Below, piece after piece: positions 33,842-43,167 of a stretch of DNA of 64,000 bases (positions are counted from its first letter, which is position 1; each line of letters begins with the position of its first letter). The notes under the pieces were generated by a model. That model saw only the letters and a list, made by a program, of their open reading frames with translations. It searched no databases and was not told the DNA's origin. The stretch covers positions 10,249-74,248 of the forward strand of contig CALVUG010000002.1 of NCBI GenBank assembly GCA_944363535.1, written 5' to 3'. A program made the position numbers and the translations under genes. Source of the DNA: an uncultured Bacilli bacterium (GTDB lineage: Bacteria > Bacillota_I > Bacilli_A > RFN20 > CAG-826).

Positions 33842-34526
33842 TTTAATATCTCTTATTGCCTTAAGTGAAAATGATAAGCGCATCATCATCGCTCTCGTCA
33901 TCGTTTTTGTCTTGCTTTTTGTCCTCATCGGTCTCATCGGTATGCTCGTAACAAAGATTATGAAACAACAAGGGAAAGCTATCGACCGCTTGATGCACGA
34001 TATCGTCGTTACGGGTGTCGTATCAGATAAAAAACATTTTAAGAAAGTGGCAAAAAAGAAAAGTTGGCGATACTTATATAAACAAGCACGTATCCCCATC
34101 ATCATCGCTTTAGTGGCTACTTTATTCTTGCTAATTTATTACCTCGCGAGCGGAAACTGGGATGCAAATATCTTTGGTGATTGGGGCGCTCCTGATGGTG
34201 AAGGTGGAAAAGGCTTTGCTACTTTACTTTTCCTTTGGGATTTTGAAAACTGTCCGACAACGCAAATATTTGGTATTACCGTCATCTCAGATTGGCCAGC
34301 TTTACTTAACAGCCCACACTTTTCAGTCGATGCCTGGGGAAGTTACATTTTCGTTCCTCTTATCATCACTTCTATCATTTGGTTTTTTATCGTCGTTCAA
34401 GCCTTCATCGCTAGATCATTTAGGATACGCAAATTAGCGGCCCAAATTTACGACAAATCGCTCGATGATTATAACCAAACGAAAGCCTTATTAGGTGATA
34501 ATAACAGCAACTTAAATAATCATTAA
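33825..34526 (+). CDS. hypothetical membrane protein (4 TM) with Gly/Asp-rich extracytoplasmic loop
   Basis: GAGG RBS 7 nt before ATG 33825. Overlaps the previous gene's end. …DWGAPDGEGGKGFATLLFLWDFENCPTTQ… loop. Confidence 0.6.
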   Translation: MMKMNNLISLIALSENDKRIIIALVIVFVLLFVLIGLIGMLVTKIMKQQGKAIDRLMHDIVVTGVVSDKKHFKKVAKKKSWRYLYKQARIPIIIALVATLFLLIYYLASGNWDANIFGDWGAPDGEGGKGFATLLFLWDFENCPTTQIFGITVISDWPALLNSPHFSVDAWGSYIFVPLIITSIIWFFIVVQAFIARSFRIRKLAAQIYDKSLDDYNQTKALLGDNNSNLNNH

Positions 34527-34658
34527 TTAGATATTAGAAAACATTAAATAAATTTGATAGGCTAAATAACCAATCAAGAGGAGATTTAAAAACACTAAAA
34601 CCATGAAGATACGAAAGCGTGATTTATTTTTTCTTTCAATTTCTTTAGGATCCATACA

Positions 34659-36047
34659 TTAATATTTTACTTGATTTGCGGTCCTCGGGTAAAGTTGAAC
34701 ATCGCGAATATTTGATAAGCCAGTAAGTAACATTAAGAAGCGATCGAAACCGATACCAAAGCCACTATGAACGCAGCCTCCAAACTTACGAGTGTTTAGA
34801 TACCATAAAGCCGAATCATCCTTTAAAAGATGGCATTCTTCCATTCTTTTCTTCAATAAGTCGTAATTTTCTTCCCTTTGTGAGCCACCGATAAGTTCAC
34901 CAATTTCAGGGACGAGTAAATCGTATGCAGCGACAGTTTTACCATCAGGATTTTGTTTCATGTAGAAAGCTTTTGCTTCCTTAGGATAATCGATGATCCA
35001 AGTTGGACCTTTGACGATCGTTTCAGTGATGTAACGTTCATGCTCACTTTGTAAATCCATCCCCCAATAGATGTGATGATTATCGAAATGATGACCTTCT
35101 TCAACAGCCTTTTTAAGTATTTCAACCGCATCCGTGTAAGTGACAACTTTCCACTTATTTTCTAAGATTTGATGGAGACGATTTAATAATCCTTTATCGA
35201 CGAAAGCATTGAAGAAATTTAATTCATCTTTACAGTGCACAAGTAAATCTTCAATACAGTAACGTAACAAAGATTCCACTACTTTTAACGCGCCATGAAT
35301 ATCACAAAATGCCATCTCAGGTTCGATCATCCAGAATTCTGAAGCATGCCTTGGTGTGTTAGAATTTTCGGCTCTAAAAGTTGGCCCAAAAGTATAAACA
35401 TTTCTCATCGCTAAAGCGAATGGTTCGACGTGAAGTTGACCTGAAACAGTTAGATGAACAGGTCTATCAAAAAATGGCTTACCATCTTCTTTTTTCGCAT
35501 TAACGTCGAAGACTTGTCCAGCCCCTTCAGAATCGATACCTGTAATGATTGGCGTATGAATGTAATAAAAATTATTTTCGTTGAACCAAGAATGCATCGC
35601 AAAGGATAATCTACTACGCACTCTTGCAAGAGCGTAGAACGTATTCGTACGCGGCCTAAGATAAGCGATATCTCTTAAGAATTCAAAAGTATGTCTTTTC
35701 TTCTGCAAAGGATAATCTTCGCTCACCGCACCAAGAAGAGTAATATGATCGACATGAATTTCAAAAGGTTGTTTATTTTCAGGGGTTAAAACAATTTTTC
35801 CATCGATGGAAATAGCTGAACCAGTTAAAAGATGCGTATATGCATCGAAAGAATCGACTTTATCTTTTGAATAAACGAGTTGCACATTTAAAAAAGTTGT
35901 CCCATCACTTAATTCGATGAAACCAATCGAACCATTATTGCGATTAGTTCTGACCCAACCTTTTAAATTGACGAGTCTTCCATCTTCTAAATGATCATTT
36001 TTAAAATCTTCGAATAAGTCTTTTAAAATCGTTTCAACATAACTCAT
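34659..36047 (-). CDS. asnS: asparagine--tRNA ligase
   Basis: Class II aaRS motifs (…FRAE…, …GGSQRE…, …GFGIGFDR…). AsnRS-type N-terminal anticodon-binding domain. AAGGAG RBS. Confidence 0.93.
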   Translation of the reverse strand: MSYVETILKDLFEDFKNDHLEDGRLVNLKGWVRTNRNNGSIGFIELSDGTTFLNVQLVYSKDKVDSFDAYTHLLTGSAISIDGKIVLTPENKQPFEIHVDHITLLGAVSEDYPLQKKRHTFEFLRDIAYLRPRTNTFYALARVRSRLSFAMHSWFNENNFYYIHTPIITGIDSEGAGQVFDVNAKKEDGKPFFDRPVHLTVSGQLHVEPFALAMRNVYTFGPTFRAENSNTPRHASEFWMIEPEMAFCDIHGALKVVESLLRYCIEDLLVHCKDELNFFNAFVDKGLLNRLHQILENKWKVVTYTDAVEILKKAVEEGHHFDNHHIYWGMDLQSEHERYITETIVKGPTWIIDYPKEAKAFYMKQNPDGKTVAAYDLLVPEIGELIGGSQREENYDLLKKRMEECHLLKDDSALWYLNTRKFGGCVHSGFGIGFDRFLMLLTGLSNIRDVQLYPRTANQVKY

Positions 36048-36092
36048 AAATATTACTCCTTCGTCGTCTTACTTTATAAAGTTTAACATGTT

Positions 36093-37547
36093 TTAAAACT
36101 TGTTAAAATCTGTAATTTCCCAGTTTGGGTCCACTCCAACATCGAGTGAAGCAAAAATCTTTCTTTCGTAAAGATGATAAGCATTTCTAGCAATCATCGC
36201 TGCGTTATCGCCACACAAACTTAAGGGAGGGAAAAATAATTCAATGTGCGAATTATCATATTTATTTTTAAGTATTTCTTTTAATCTCGAATTAGCGGAA
36301 ACACCTCCCGCCACTAAGATTTGTTTTACATCGTATTCATCTGCAACTTGATAAACCTTATCCACTAGTTCTTTTAAGGCAACTTCTTGAAAAGAACAAG
36401 CTAAGTCAGCTTTATTAATTTCTTCACCTTTCATCTTCAAAGAATTTACCAAATTGATGATGTGCGTTTTTAAACCACTAAAAGAGACATCGTAGTTTGA
36501 TGAAACGTGCGGAATAGGTAGATGATAAGTAGGTTTACCTTGCTTTGCAAGACGATCAATTTCCACTCCGCCTGGATAAGGTAAATCTAACACTCTAGCG
36601 ACTTTATCGTAACATTCGCCAATGGCGTCGTCGACTGTGCGACCTACGATTTGATAATCTAGATGATCTTTCATGATGATAAGTTCAGTATTGCCGCCAC
36701 TTACGACGACAGCGAGCAAAGGAAATTTTAAATCGGTGACATATTCATTTGCATAGATATGTCCAGCGAGATGATGAACTGGAATAAGAGGCTTATTGTA
36801 GATGAACGCTAAAGTCTTTGCGACTTCTAGACCAACAAGTAATGCTCCCACTAAGCCTGGCCCACGCGTATAAGCGAAAGCATCGATTTCTTCTAGCATG
36901 ACGCTAGCCTCTTTTAAAGCCGCATCTAAAACGTAAAGAACATTTTCGATGTGAAGTCTAGAAGCTAGTTCAGGCATCACTCCTCCAAACTTACGATGTC
37001 TTTCAATTTGAGAAGAGATGACGTTAGATAAAATTTTTCTATTGCGTGTGATAGAAATTGAAGTTTCATCGCAACTACTTTCGATAGCGAGTATTAAAGG
37101 CGCAGATTCTAAATTTTTTACAAGATAAATTGCGTCTTCACCATCCGCATAATAGTTTTCTTTGATGTTAATTTCTTTAAAACCTTCTTTAATGTATAAG
37201 TTTTTTGCGGGGGTATTAGATTTTCTTACTTCTAAAGCGATAGTTTTAACACCTTCATCTTTAAGCGTCTCATACATTCTTTTTAATAGATGAGTGGCAA
37301 CGTTATTTCTTCGATATTTATTGCTGACGTAGATGATAGCGATCGTCGAAGAATCGAACGTGATCCAATAATCTAAAATAGCGATGGGCACACCTTCAAA
37401 GTAAGCTAATTCCACGTGAGCGAAAACATTCTTTTCGATATCATTTAAAATTGCCGAAGGCGTGTAATCTAAAGATGAAGCTAATTCATAAATTGCTTCT
37501 TCATCTTCCATCGTCGCTTTTTTAAATTTAATTTCTTCTAGCATCAT
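36093..37547 (-). CDS. tsaD: fusion protein: N-terminal GNAT acetyltransferase RimI + C-terminal tRNA N6-adenosine threonylcarbamoyltransferase TsaD
   Basis: Residues 1-146 are GNAT (…IYVSNKYRRNNVATHLLKRM…TIALEVRKSNTPAKNLYIKEGF…). Residues ~147-484 are Kae1/TsaD (…ILAIESSCDETSISI…, …HLAGHIYAN…, …SGGVSAN…). Confidence 0.85.
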   Translation of the reverse strand: MMLEEIKFKKATMEDEEAIYELASSLDYTPSAILNDIEKNVFAHVELAYFEGVPIAILDYWITFDSSTIAIIYVSNKYRRNNVATHLLKRMYETLKDEGVKTIALEVRKSNTPAKNLYIKEGFKEINIKENYYADGEDAIYLVKNLESAPLILAIESSCDETSISITRNRKILSNVISSQIERHRKFGGVMPELASRLHIENVLYVLDAALKEASVMLEEIDAFAYTRGPGLVGALLVGLEVAKTLAFIYNKPLIPVHHLAGHIYANEYVTDLKFPLLAVVVSGGNTELIIMKDHLDYQIVGRTVDDAIGECYDKVARVLDLPYPGGVEIDRLAKQGKPTYHLPIPHVSSNYDVSFSGLKTHIINLVNSLKMKGEEINKADLACSFQEVALKELVDKVYQVADEYDVKQILVAGGVSANSRLKEILKNKYDNSHIELFFPPLSLCGDNAAMIARNAYHLYERKIFASLDVGVDPNWEITDFNKF

Positions 37548-38143
37548 AAATCTTTGAGATAAATTGGCTTTAAGCCTTTGATATCAATGACCCTTTCTTG
37601 ATTAGATACATAATTTAAAAATGACTTCGCATCCACGTCCGTATCAACATCTAGTCCAAGATGTCTTAAATCGCCACGTAAGACATAATTAGGATGATCT
37701 TCTATAAACTTCAAGGCAAATTCATTACTAACAATTCGTGAATTCATTAGTGATTTTAACCCGTCGAAACAAGCAAAGTAAGAGCGACCACTTCTTGCAT
37801 TGAAGATGACGATCGATGGCGCATTAAAATTAGAGTAACCCATCAATGAGTCGATAGCGAACAATTCTAAATTTAAAGCGAATGCGATAGTCTTTGCTAC
37901 CGCCATAGCGATTCTTACGCCAGTAAATGAACCTGGTCCAATTCCTACGCCGATGAAAGATAAATCTTTCACATTCACTTCATTTTCTAAAAGTAACGAC
38001 TTAATTTCAGGCACCAATAACTCATCTTGCTTACGTGGAAAAAGAAGATTTTTCGAAACTAAAATCTCTTTATTCTTACATAGAGCGATGAACATTTTGA
38101 TGTTGGAGGTATCCATTAATAAACCATATCTATCGTTAGACAT
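37544..38143 (-). CDS. tsaB: tRNA threonylcarbamoyladenosine biosynthesis protein TsaB
   Basis: …LLMDTSN…GVGIGPGSFTGVRIAMAVAKT… YeaZ/TsaB. The start at ATG 38143 (MSNDRYG…) has a GGAGG RBS 9 nt upstream. The track start at 38164 reads through the RBS. Confidence 0.85.
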   Translation of the reverse strand: MSNDRYGLLMDTSNIKMFIALCKNKEILVSKNLLFPRKQDELLVPEIKSLLLENEVNVKDLSFIGVGIGPGSFTGVRIAMAVAKTIAFALNLELFAIDSLMGYSNFNAPSIVIFNARSGRSYFACFDGLKSLMNSRIVSNEFALKFIEDHPNYVLRGDLRHLGLDVDTDVDAKSFLNYVSNQERVIDIKGLKPIYLKDL

Positions 38144-38609
38144 ATTCTTGTTCCTCCAAGGCATGAAAAAATAAAAAGAAAGTATTGTCTTCGCTCGTAA
38201 AAGTTAATAATCTTTTATTTCCTTCTAAGATGCGAATATCGATAGTTAAGTGAGACCTAACTAGTAAAGATTTATCTAGATAAATAGGCCATTCGATCAA
38301 AGTGACATCTTCACTTTCGATCAATTCATCTAAGCCAATATCTTCATTTTTATCTTCTAATCGATAAGCATCGATATGATTATAAAATAGATTATTTATC
38401 TCGTAAGTTTTAACGATGTTAAACGTTGGGCTAGTAACTTTACCAGTGTAACCTAAAGCCTTAAGATAATATCTTACAAACGTCGTCTTACCCGCCCCAA
38501 GATCACCATTTAATAAGATTAAAGCATCGCGCTTAACGTAACTTGCAAGAAGCGTAGCGATTTTATCTAGAGCTCTTTCATCTGCAATTTGTATTTCTTT
38601 TTTAGCCAT
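38136..38609 (-). CDS. tsaE: tRNA threonylcarbamoyladenosine biosynthesis ATPase TsaE
   Basis: …LNGDLGAGKTTFVR… Walker A and …SPTFNIVKTY… TsaE/YjeE signature. Confidence 0.9.
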   Translation of the reverse strand: MAKKEIQIADERALDKIATLLASYVKRDALILLNGDLGAGKTTFVRYYLKALGYTGKVTSPTFNIVKTYEINNLFYNHIDAYRLEDKNEDIGLDELIESEDVTLIEWPIYLDKSLLVRSHLTIDIRILEGNKRLLTFTSEDNTFFLFFHALEEQEYV

Positions 38610-39168
38610 TGGTTCGTTCCTTTTTACTAGCTAAAAATTGTTCGTATAAAAGTCTTACTTTTTCATCGTTGAAGGGAAATAATTGATTTTCCATCAAATG
38701 GATGACTTTTTTGCGCGTGATCATCAAAGCTTTACATAACTTTTCAGAATAATGATATTTTTCTTTGTTAATTTTAAATTCTTTTTCATCGAGAAGTTTA
38801 ATTTTACGGATATGTTTATTCGTCTTCACATCTAGATCGTAATCGATGTAGAAGATGACATCCCCTTCTTTTAAAGCTGGTGAAGCAAGGTTACAGTAAT
38901 AGTTGATATCATCTTTTCTAAACATGACGATGACATTATAAAATTCATGCTTCATCAAAATCTTTAAAGAAGCTTCGTTCATGAGCCAACGACGTTCATT
39001 GTTTTCGATGATATGATCTTTACTCGAAGCGAGGATGAACATATCATCATCTTCATAAATTAAACAATCATCCACCCACGCACGATGAAAGGAATTATCT
39101 TGTTTATAAGCTTGTAATTGCACATGTTCACATTTCAAGGGAATTGACCTGTCCTTTTTATTGAGCAA
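38602..39168 (-). CDS. ntdp: DUF402/UPF0374 family protein (nucleoside tri/diphosphatase Ntdp-like)
   Basis: …VQLQAYKQDNSFHRAWVD…RRW…YYCNLASP…FYIDYDLDVK… matches the conserved blocks of the YgaC/Ntdp family. Confidence 0.65.
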   Translation of the reverse strand: MLNKKDRSIPLKCEHVQLQAYKQDNSFHRAWVDDCLIYEDDDMFILASSKDHIIENNERRWLMNEASLKILMKHEFYNVIVMFRKDDINYYCNLASPALKEGDVIFYIDYDLDVKTNKHIRKIKLLDEKEFKINKEKYHYSEKLCKALMITRKKVIHLMENQLFPFNDEKVRLLYEQFLASKKERTNG

Positions 39169-40261
39169 GAATTTGTTTTAAAAATTCTCCGATTAAATCT
39201 CCTACTTCTTTCATCGTTTCTAACGTATGACCAGTGAAGTTATTAAATAAAGGAATATTCATCACTTCATCATCGTAATCGATTGCGAAGACAATCGCGT
39301 TCTTTTGCATAGAAATCGAAAGATCTAAGAAATATTTATTCACTTTAAATTTCTTTAAAACACTTAAAGCACGATTATTTAAAATAGCTCTCTTATCTTC
39401 TTGTTTACCATAGATGGTATAGGTATTATTATCGCTTAAAACATTCATGTCCTTTGCGAAGCTAGGAAGTTCTACTAAATCGGATTTTCCTTTGATGTAG
39501 ATAAGTAATAAATCATCCATCTTTAAATCGACATTCACCGATAAATATTTACCGACGAAAATAGGAACGCTTTTCTTCCTCCCTTTTTCATCTTCCCTAG
39601 TGACGTAACCCGCTAAAGAGGCCGAATGGAAATCGTGATCAAAAACTTTACCGGTGACGACATTTCTAGAAGAAACATTGCTCAAATCTTTATAGATGTT
39701 CGCCGCTTGAAATTCTTCTAAAGAAATTTCCATATCTTCATGAATATTTAATTCTTGATAATATTTTTCATCGAATGAATAGGTGTTAAAATCTTTCACT
39801 GTTTGAACGACGTATTCATGCGTATCAGCTTCCGCTTTTTTAACGATCAAGAATTTATTTAAGAGCCAGACCGCGAGTAAGACTAAAAACACTAAGCCGA
39901 TACCGATCCAAATACCAAAATTAGGAATGAAACTAAAGCCGATCATCCCACCAGTAATAAGCGCAAGAGCGATGAATAAAACTAAATTACGCGTGAGTTT
40001 GAATTTACGGTAACGTTCGACAAATTTTTTACGACGTTCATCAATTTGATGAAAGATGGGCTTATCAATCATTTCAAGAGCCACTTCTTCCTCTTTATTT
40101 TCTTCTGATTCTTGTTCTTTTTTCGAATCTAAAACTGGTGTAGTTTCTTCATCTTTAGGAACTACAATTACTTCTTTTTCTTCTAAAGTTTCTTCATTAC
40201 GTTTATTTTCATCCATATGCGCGCACCTCAAAAGCGTGTATATACTATACCACACGCACAC
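39158..40261 (-). CDS. hypothetical membrane protein (acidic cytoplasmic N-terminus, 2 TM, ~230-aa extracytoplasmic domain)
   Basis: ORF-track frame. The likely true start is the internal ATG (MDENKRNEETLEE…, ~40216). TM pair …LVLFIALALITGGMIGFSFIPNFGIWIGIGLVFLVLLAVWLL…. Confidence 0.55.
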   Translation of the reverse strand: MCVWYSIYTLLRCAHMDENKRNEETLEEKEVIVVPKDEETTPVLDSKKEQESEENKEEEVALEMIDKPIFHQIDERRKKFVERYRKFKLTRNLVLFIALALITGGMIGFSFIPNFGIWIGIGLVFLVLLAVWLLNKFLIVKKAEADTHEYVVQTVKDFNTYSFDEKYYQELNIHEDMEISLEEFQAANIYKDLSNVSSRNVVTGKVFDHDFHSASLAGYVTREDEKGRKKSVPIFVGKYLSVNVDLKMDDLLLIYIKGKSDLVELPSFAKDMNVLSDNNTYTIYGKQEDKRAILNNRALSVLKKFKVNKYFLDLSISMQKNAIVFAIDYDDEVMNIPLFNNFTGHTLETMKEVGDLIGEFLKQILAQ

Positions 40262-40275
40262 ATGAAAAACAAAAA

Positions 40276-41238
40276 CTAAGAGATTAAAGTTCTTTTTGGA
40301 TAAAGTTTATCGATCATTAAAATTGGCTTATAAAGTAGCAAACAAACGACGATTGTAAGGACGCAAGAAATCGGCACGTAAGTCGCGCTATAGATGAAGG
40401 AAGCAACCCATGGCGTTTCCCAATAGAGCACCCCAGCGATGACGTGACATAAATATTTTAAGGTGCAAGCCGCTAAGATGGAGACGCCTAAAAATGTCGC
40501 CCCTAAAACATTATATTTCGTATCGTGATTTTTCTTTAAAATTAAAGGCCTAAAGAAACCGACGATAGAAAGGGATCCAAAGGCTAGTAAATAATCGAAG
40601 ATATAATATTGTAAGCCATAACCACCCATGAGACATGACACTAGACCATAGACGACGCCGCAACCGATGAAACCTTTATAGACACCGAAACGTAAAGATA
40701 AGACGATCAAAGGAATCATTTCAAAAGAAATGGAACCACCATCCGCCTGCACTCTAAACTTTAAAAATGATAAATCTAAGACGACAGCGAGTGAGACGAG
40801 CATCGCCATCTCGACGATATCTTTTGTGTCGAAACGATGTTCATCAAATAAGAGAGGTAGTAAGACACCAATGCTTAAGAAGATGAAGACTAGACCAGAA
40901 ATTGTTAAAGCATCATAACTTGGGGCATCGATTCCATAAAGCGAAGCAAAAAGGGATGGAACGGTGAAGCCCACTAAGGTGGCTAATAAAATTAGACCAA
41001 CTGCGTAACTATATAACTGTTTAAATTTGTAACTTAACGCTAATAAAGTAATCGCCCCAACGTAAACTAAAATCATGATGAAACCTAGATAGTTGAAGAC
41101 ACCATCATAAAAACTAAACACTAAGAAGGCATTATAATTAACATTATTAACGATGAAGTTTCCGCTGAAGAATAAAGCTAATCCAAGTATCAAACTCGCT
41201 AGTGCACCGCTAAGAAATAAAATTCTTCTATCTTTCAT
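40276..41238 (-). CDS. hypothetical polytopic membrane protein (~9 TM)
   Basis: The start at ATG 41238 (MKDRRILF…) has an AAGTGAGGT RBS. The track start at 41268 is a TTG read-through. Confidence 0.6.
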   Translation of the reverse strand: MKDRRILFLSGALASLILGLALFFSGNFIVNNVNYNAFLVFSFYDGVFNYLGFIMILVYVGAITLLALSYKFKQLYSYAVGLILLATLVGFTVPSLFASLYGIDAPSYDALTISGLVFIFLSIGVLLPLLFDEHRFDTKDIVEMAMLVSLAVVLDLSFLKFRVQADGGSISFEMIPLIVLSLRFGVYKGFIGCGVVYGLVSCLMGGYGLQYYIFDYLLAFGSLSIVGFFRPLILKKNHDTKYNVLGATFLGVSILAACTLKYLCHVIAGVLYWETPWVASFIYSATYVPISCVLTIVVCLLLYKPILMIDKLYPKRTLIS

Positions 41239-41255
41239 AAAAAATACCTCACTTA

Positions 41256-41299
41256 CTAGCGAGGCCAAAAAAGAAAATTTTTCCCTCCGCTAGCATTAC
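41256..41299 (-). promoter_or_regulatory. leader hairpin (CUAGCGGAGG–20-nt A/U loop–CCUCGCUAG) 12 nt upstream of the membrane-protein RBS
   Basis: Near-perfect inverted repeat ctagcgagg…cctccgctag. Function unknown (mRNA stability or attenuation). Confidence 0.4.
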
Positions 41300-41339
41300 C
41301 TAGATCAGGTTCGGTCGACTTTGACTGAAAAGTCCTCTC

Positions 41340-41357
41340 AGCTTAGTGCGCTAAGCT
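41340..41357. terminator. palindromic hairpin AGCTTAG-TGCG-CTAAGCT downstream of ung (weak intrinsic terminator)
   Basis: 7-bp perfect stem with 4-nt loop, 23 nt after the ung stop. Only a short U-tract follows on the minus strand. Confidence 0.4.
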
Positions 41358-41379
41358 CCCGTTAGAGATATTGTAATAT

Positions 41380-42039
41380 TTATTTGAGCCAATTGATAGG
41401 TGAAACTTTATGTTCTTCTAAAAATTTATTCGCTAGTAAAAAATGATTGCAACCGAAGAAATTTCCATGTGCCATCGCTAAAGGCGAAGGATGCGACGCT
41501 TCTAAGATGAGATGATTTGGATTATTTAAATAAGTTTTATATTTCCTTGCAAAATTGCCCCAGAGCATGAAGACCATCGGAGTATCAATTTGATCTAAAT
41601 AAGTTAAGACATCTTTAAAAAACTCTTCATATCCCGCGTCTTTATGGGAAAGAGGGGCTTTTTGACGCACCGATAAATAGGCATTTAATAGGAGGACGCC
41701 TTGCTTAGCAAGATAAGTTAAATCACCATTGCTCTTATCGATAGATGTATGAAATTCGTTTTCAATTTCTTTATAAATATTTAATAAACTAGGTGGCACT
41801 TTAATACCTTTTGGCGTTGCAAACGCTAGGCCCATAGCTTGCCCTTTATTAGGATAAGGATCTTGACCGATAATGATAACTTTTACTTCTTTTAAAGGCG
41901 TTAACTTAAAGGCGTTAAATAAAAGATGCCTAGGTGGATAGATGATGTGATTTTTATATTCTTCATCTAAAAAGTTATGCAGTCTTTTCGCATAGTCTTC
42001 ATTTTTAATCTTTTCAAACAATGCATCCCAATCGTTCAT
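41380..42039 (-). CDS. ung: uracil-DNA glycosylase
   Basis: …VIIIGQDPYPNKGQAMGLAFA… water-activating loop, …HPSPL… motif. The start at MNDWDALFEK aligns with Ung N-termini. Confidence 0.9.
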   Translation of the reverse strand: MNDWDALFEKIKNEDYAKRLHNFLDEEYKNHIIYPPRHLLFNAFKLTPLKEVKVIIIGQDPYPNKGQAMGLAFATPKGIKVPPSLLNIYKEIENEFHTSIDKSNGDLTYLAKQGVLLLNAYLSVRQKAPLSHKDAGYEEFFKDVLTYLDQIDTPMVFMLWGNFARKYKTYLNNPNHLILEASHPSPLAMAHGNFFGCNHFLLANKFLEEHKVSPINWLK

Positions 42040-42069
42040 AACTTTTCCAAATATAGTATAATATCTACT

Positions 42070-43167
42070 GTGAAAATTCTCATCGTTTTTAATCATCCAG
42101 CGCCATATAAAGTTCGCTTGTTTAACGAACTAGCGAAAAAATATGATATTCACGTTTTATTCGAACGTAAGAAAGCGAGCAACAGACCCGATAACTTTTA
42201 TAGTGAAAAAATTAAATTTTCTTACGAATTTTTAAAAGGCAAAAATATTGGAGAAGAAAATTTCATCTCCAAAGGTATCATCAAACACGTTCAAACGCAT
42301 CATTACGATTTAATTATCATGAATGGCTATTCTACTTTTGCCGAGATGAAAGCCATCAAATATTTCATCAAAAATAATATTCCTTATACCCTTTACGTGA
42401 ATGGTGGTTTTGCGCGCATCGAACCTAAATGGAAAAAAGATTTGAAGACGAAATTAATTAGTCACGCCTTATTTTATTTCGCCCCATCAGAAGAAGCGAA
42501 GAAATTTCTCGTCTACTACGGAGCTAGTCCTTCTAATGTCTACCTTTACACCTATAGCACAGTTTACGAAGATGAAATTTTAAAAGAACCCTTAACGCAC
42601 GATCAAAAGATTAAATTACGTAAAGAATTAGATATTCCCACTAGACATATCTACATTTCCACTTCACGTTTCGAAGAAAGAAAAAATCTCACCAAACTTA
42701 TCTACTTCTTCATCGATGAAATGCCTAAAGACACTAATCTATTACTCATTGGGGGTGGCCCTTTAACTTATCAGTATCTACAAATTATTCGTAAGGAAAA
42801 AGCTAATAACATCCGAGTTTATGAACATATGTCAAGAGAAGAAATGTTCAAATATTTAAGAGCCTCTGACGTCTATTTATTTCCCACTTTAGAAGATATT
42901 TATGGTCACGTCGTAAACGAAGCGATGGCGAACGGACTTCCGGTCATATCGAGTGATAAATCACTCGCTTCCTTAAAATTGATCAAAAATGGTTACAATG
43001 GTTACATCTATCCAAGCGGGGATAAAGAAACGTTTAAAAAAGATATTGATGAGCTAAGAAAAAAGAATCTTACCAACAACGCTTTAAAGACAGCGAGAGA
43101 AAACACCATTGAAAAAATGGTCAAAGACCACTATGCTATTTTTGAGGATGTAAAAGAAAAATTATGA
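42070..43167 (+). CDS. glycosyltransferase family 4 (GT-B, retaining)
   Basis: …KILIVFNHPAPY… N-terminal domain. C-terminal EX7E-type motif …FPTLEDIYGHVVNEAMANGLPVISSD…. I infer a GTG start at 42070. The track start at 41977 would overlap ung on the opposite strand. Confidence 0.7.
   Translation: MKILIVFNHPAPYKVRLFNELAKKYDIHVLFERKKASNRPDNFYSEKIKFSYEFLKGKNIGEENFISKGIIKHVQTHHYDLIIMNGYSTFAEMKAIKYFIKNNIPYTLYVNGGFARIEPKWKKDLKTKLISHALFYFAPSEEAKKFLVYYGASPSNVYLYTYSTVYEDEILKEPLTHDQKIKLRKELDIPTRHIYISTSRFEERKNLTKLIYFFIDEMPKDTNLLLIGGGPLTYQYLQIIRKEKANNIRVYEHMSREEMFKYLRASDVYLFPTLEDIYGHVVNEAMANGLPVISSDKSLASLKLIKNGYNGYIYPSGDKETFKKDIDELRKKNLTNNALKTARENTIEKMVKDHYAIFEDVKEKL

Noticed and set aside
36048-36092. 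T-box leader upstream of asnS
   Set aside because: Only 45 nt of intergenic sequence, which holds just the AAGGAG RBS. No specifier/T-box motifs.
41977-42069. Longer N-terminal extension of the GT4 gene starting at 41977
   Set aside because: It would overlap ung antisense by ~120 nt. The conserved GT4 N-terminus (KILIVFNHPAP) begins at GTG 42070.
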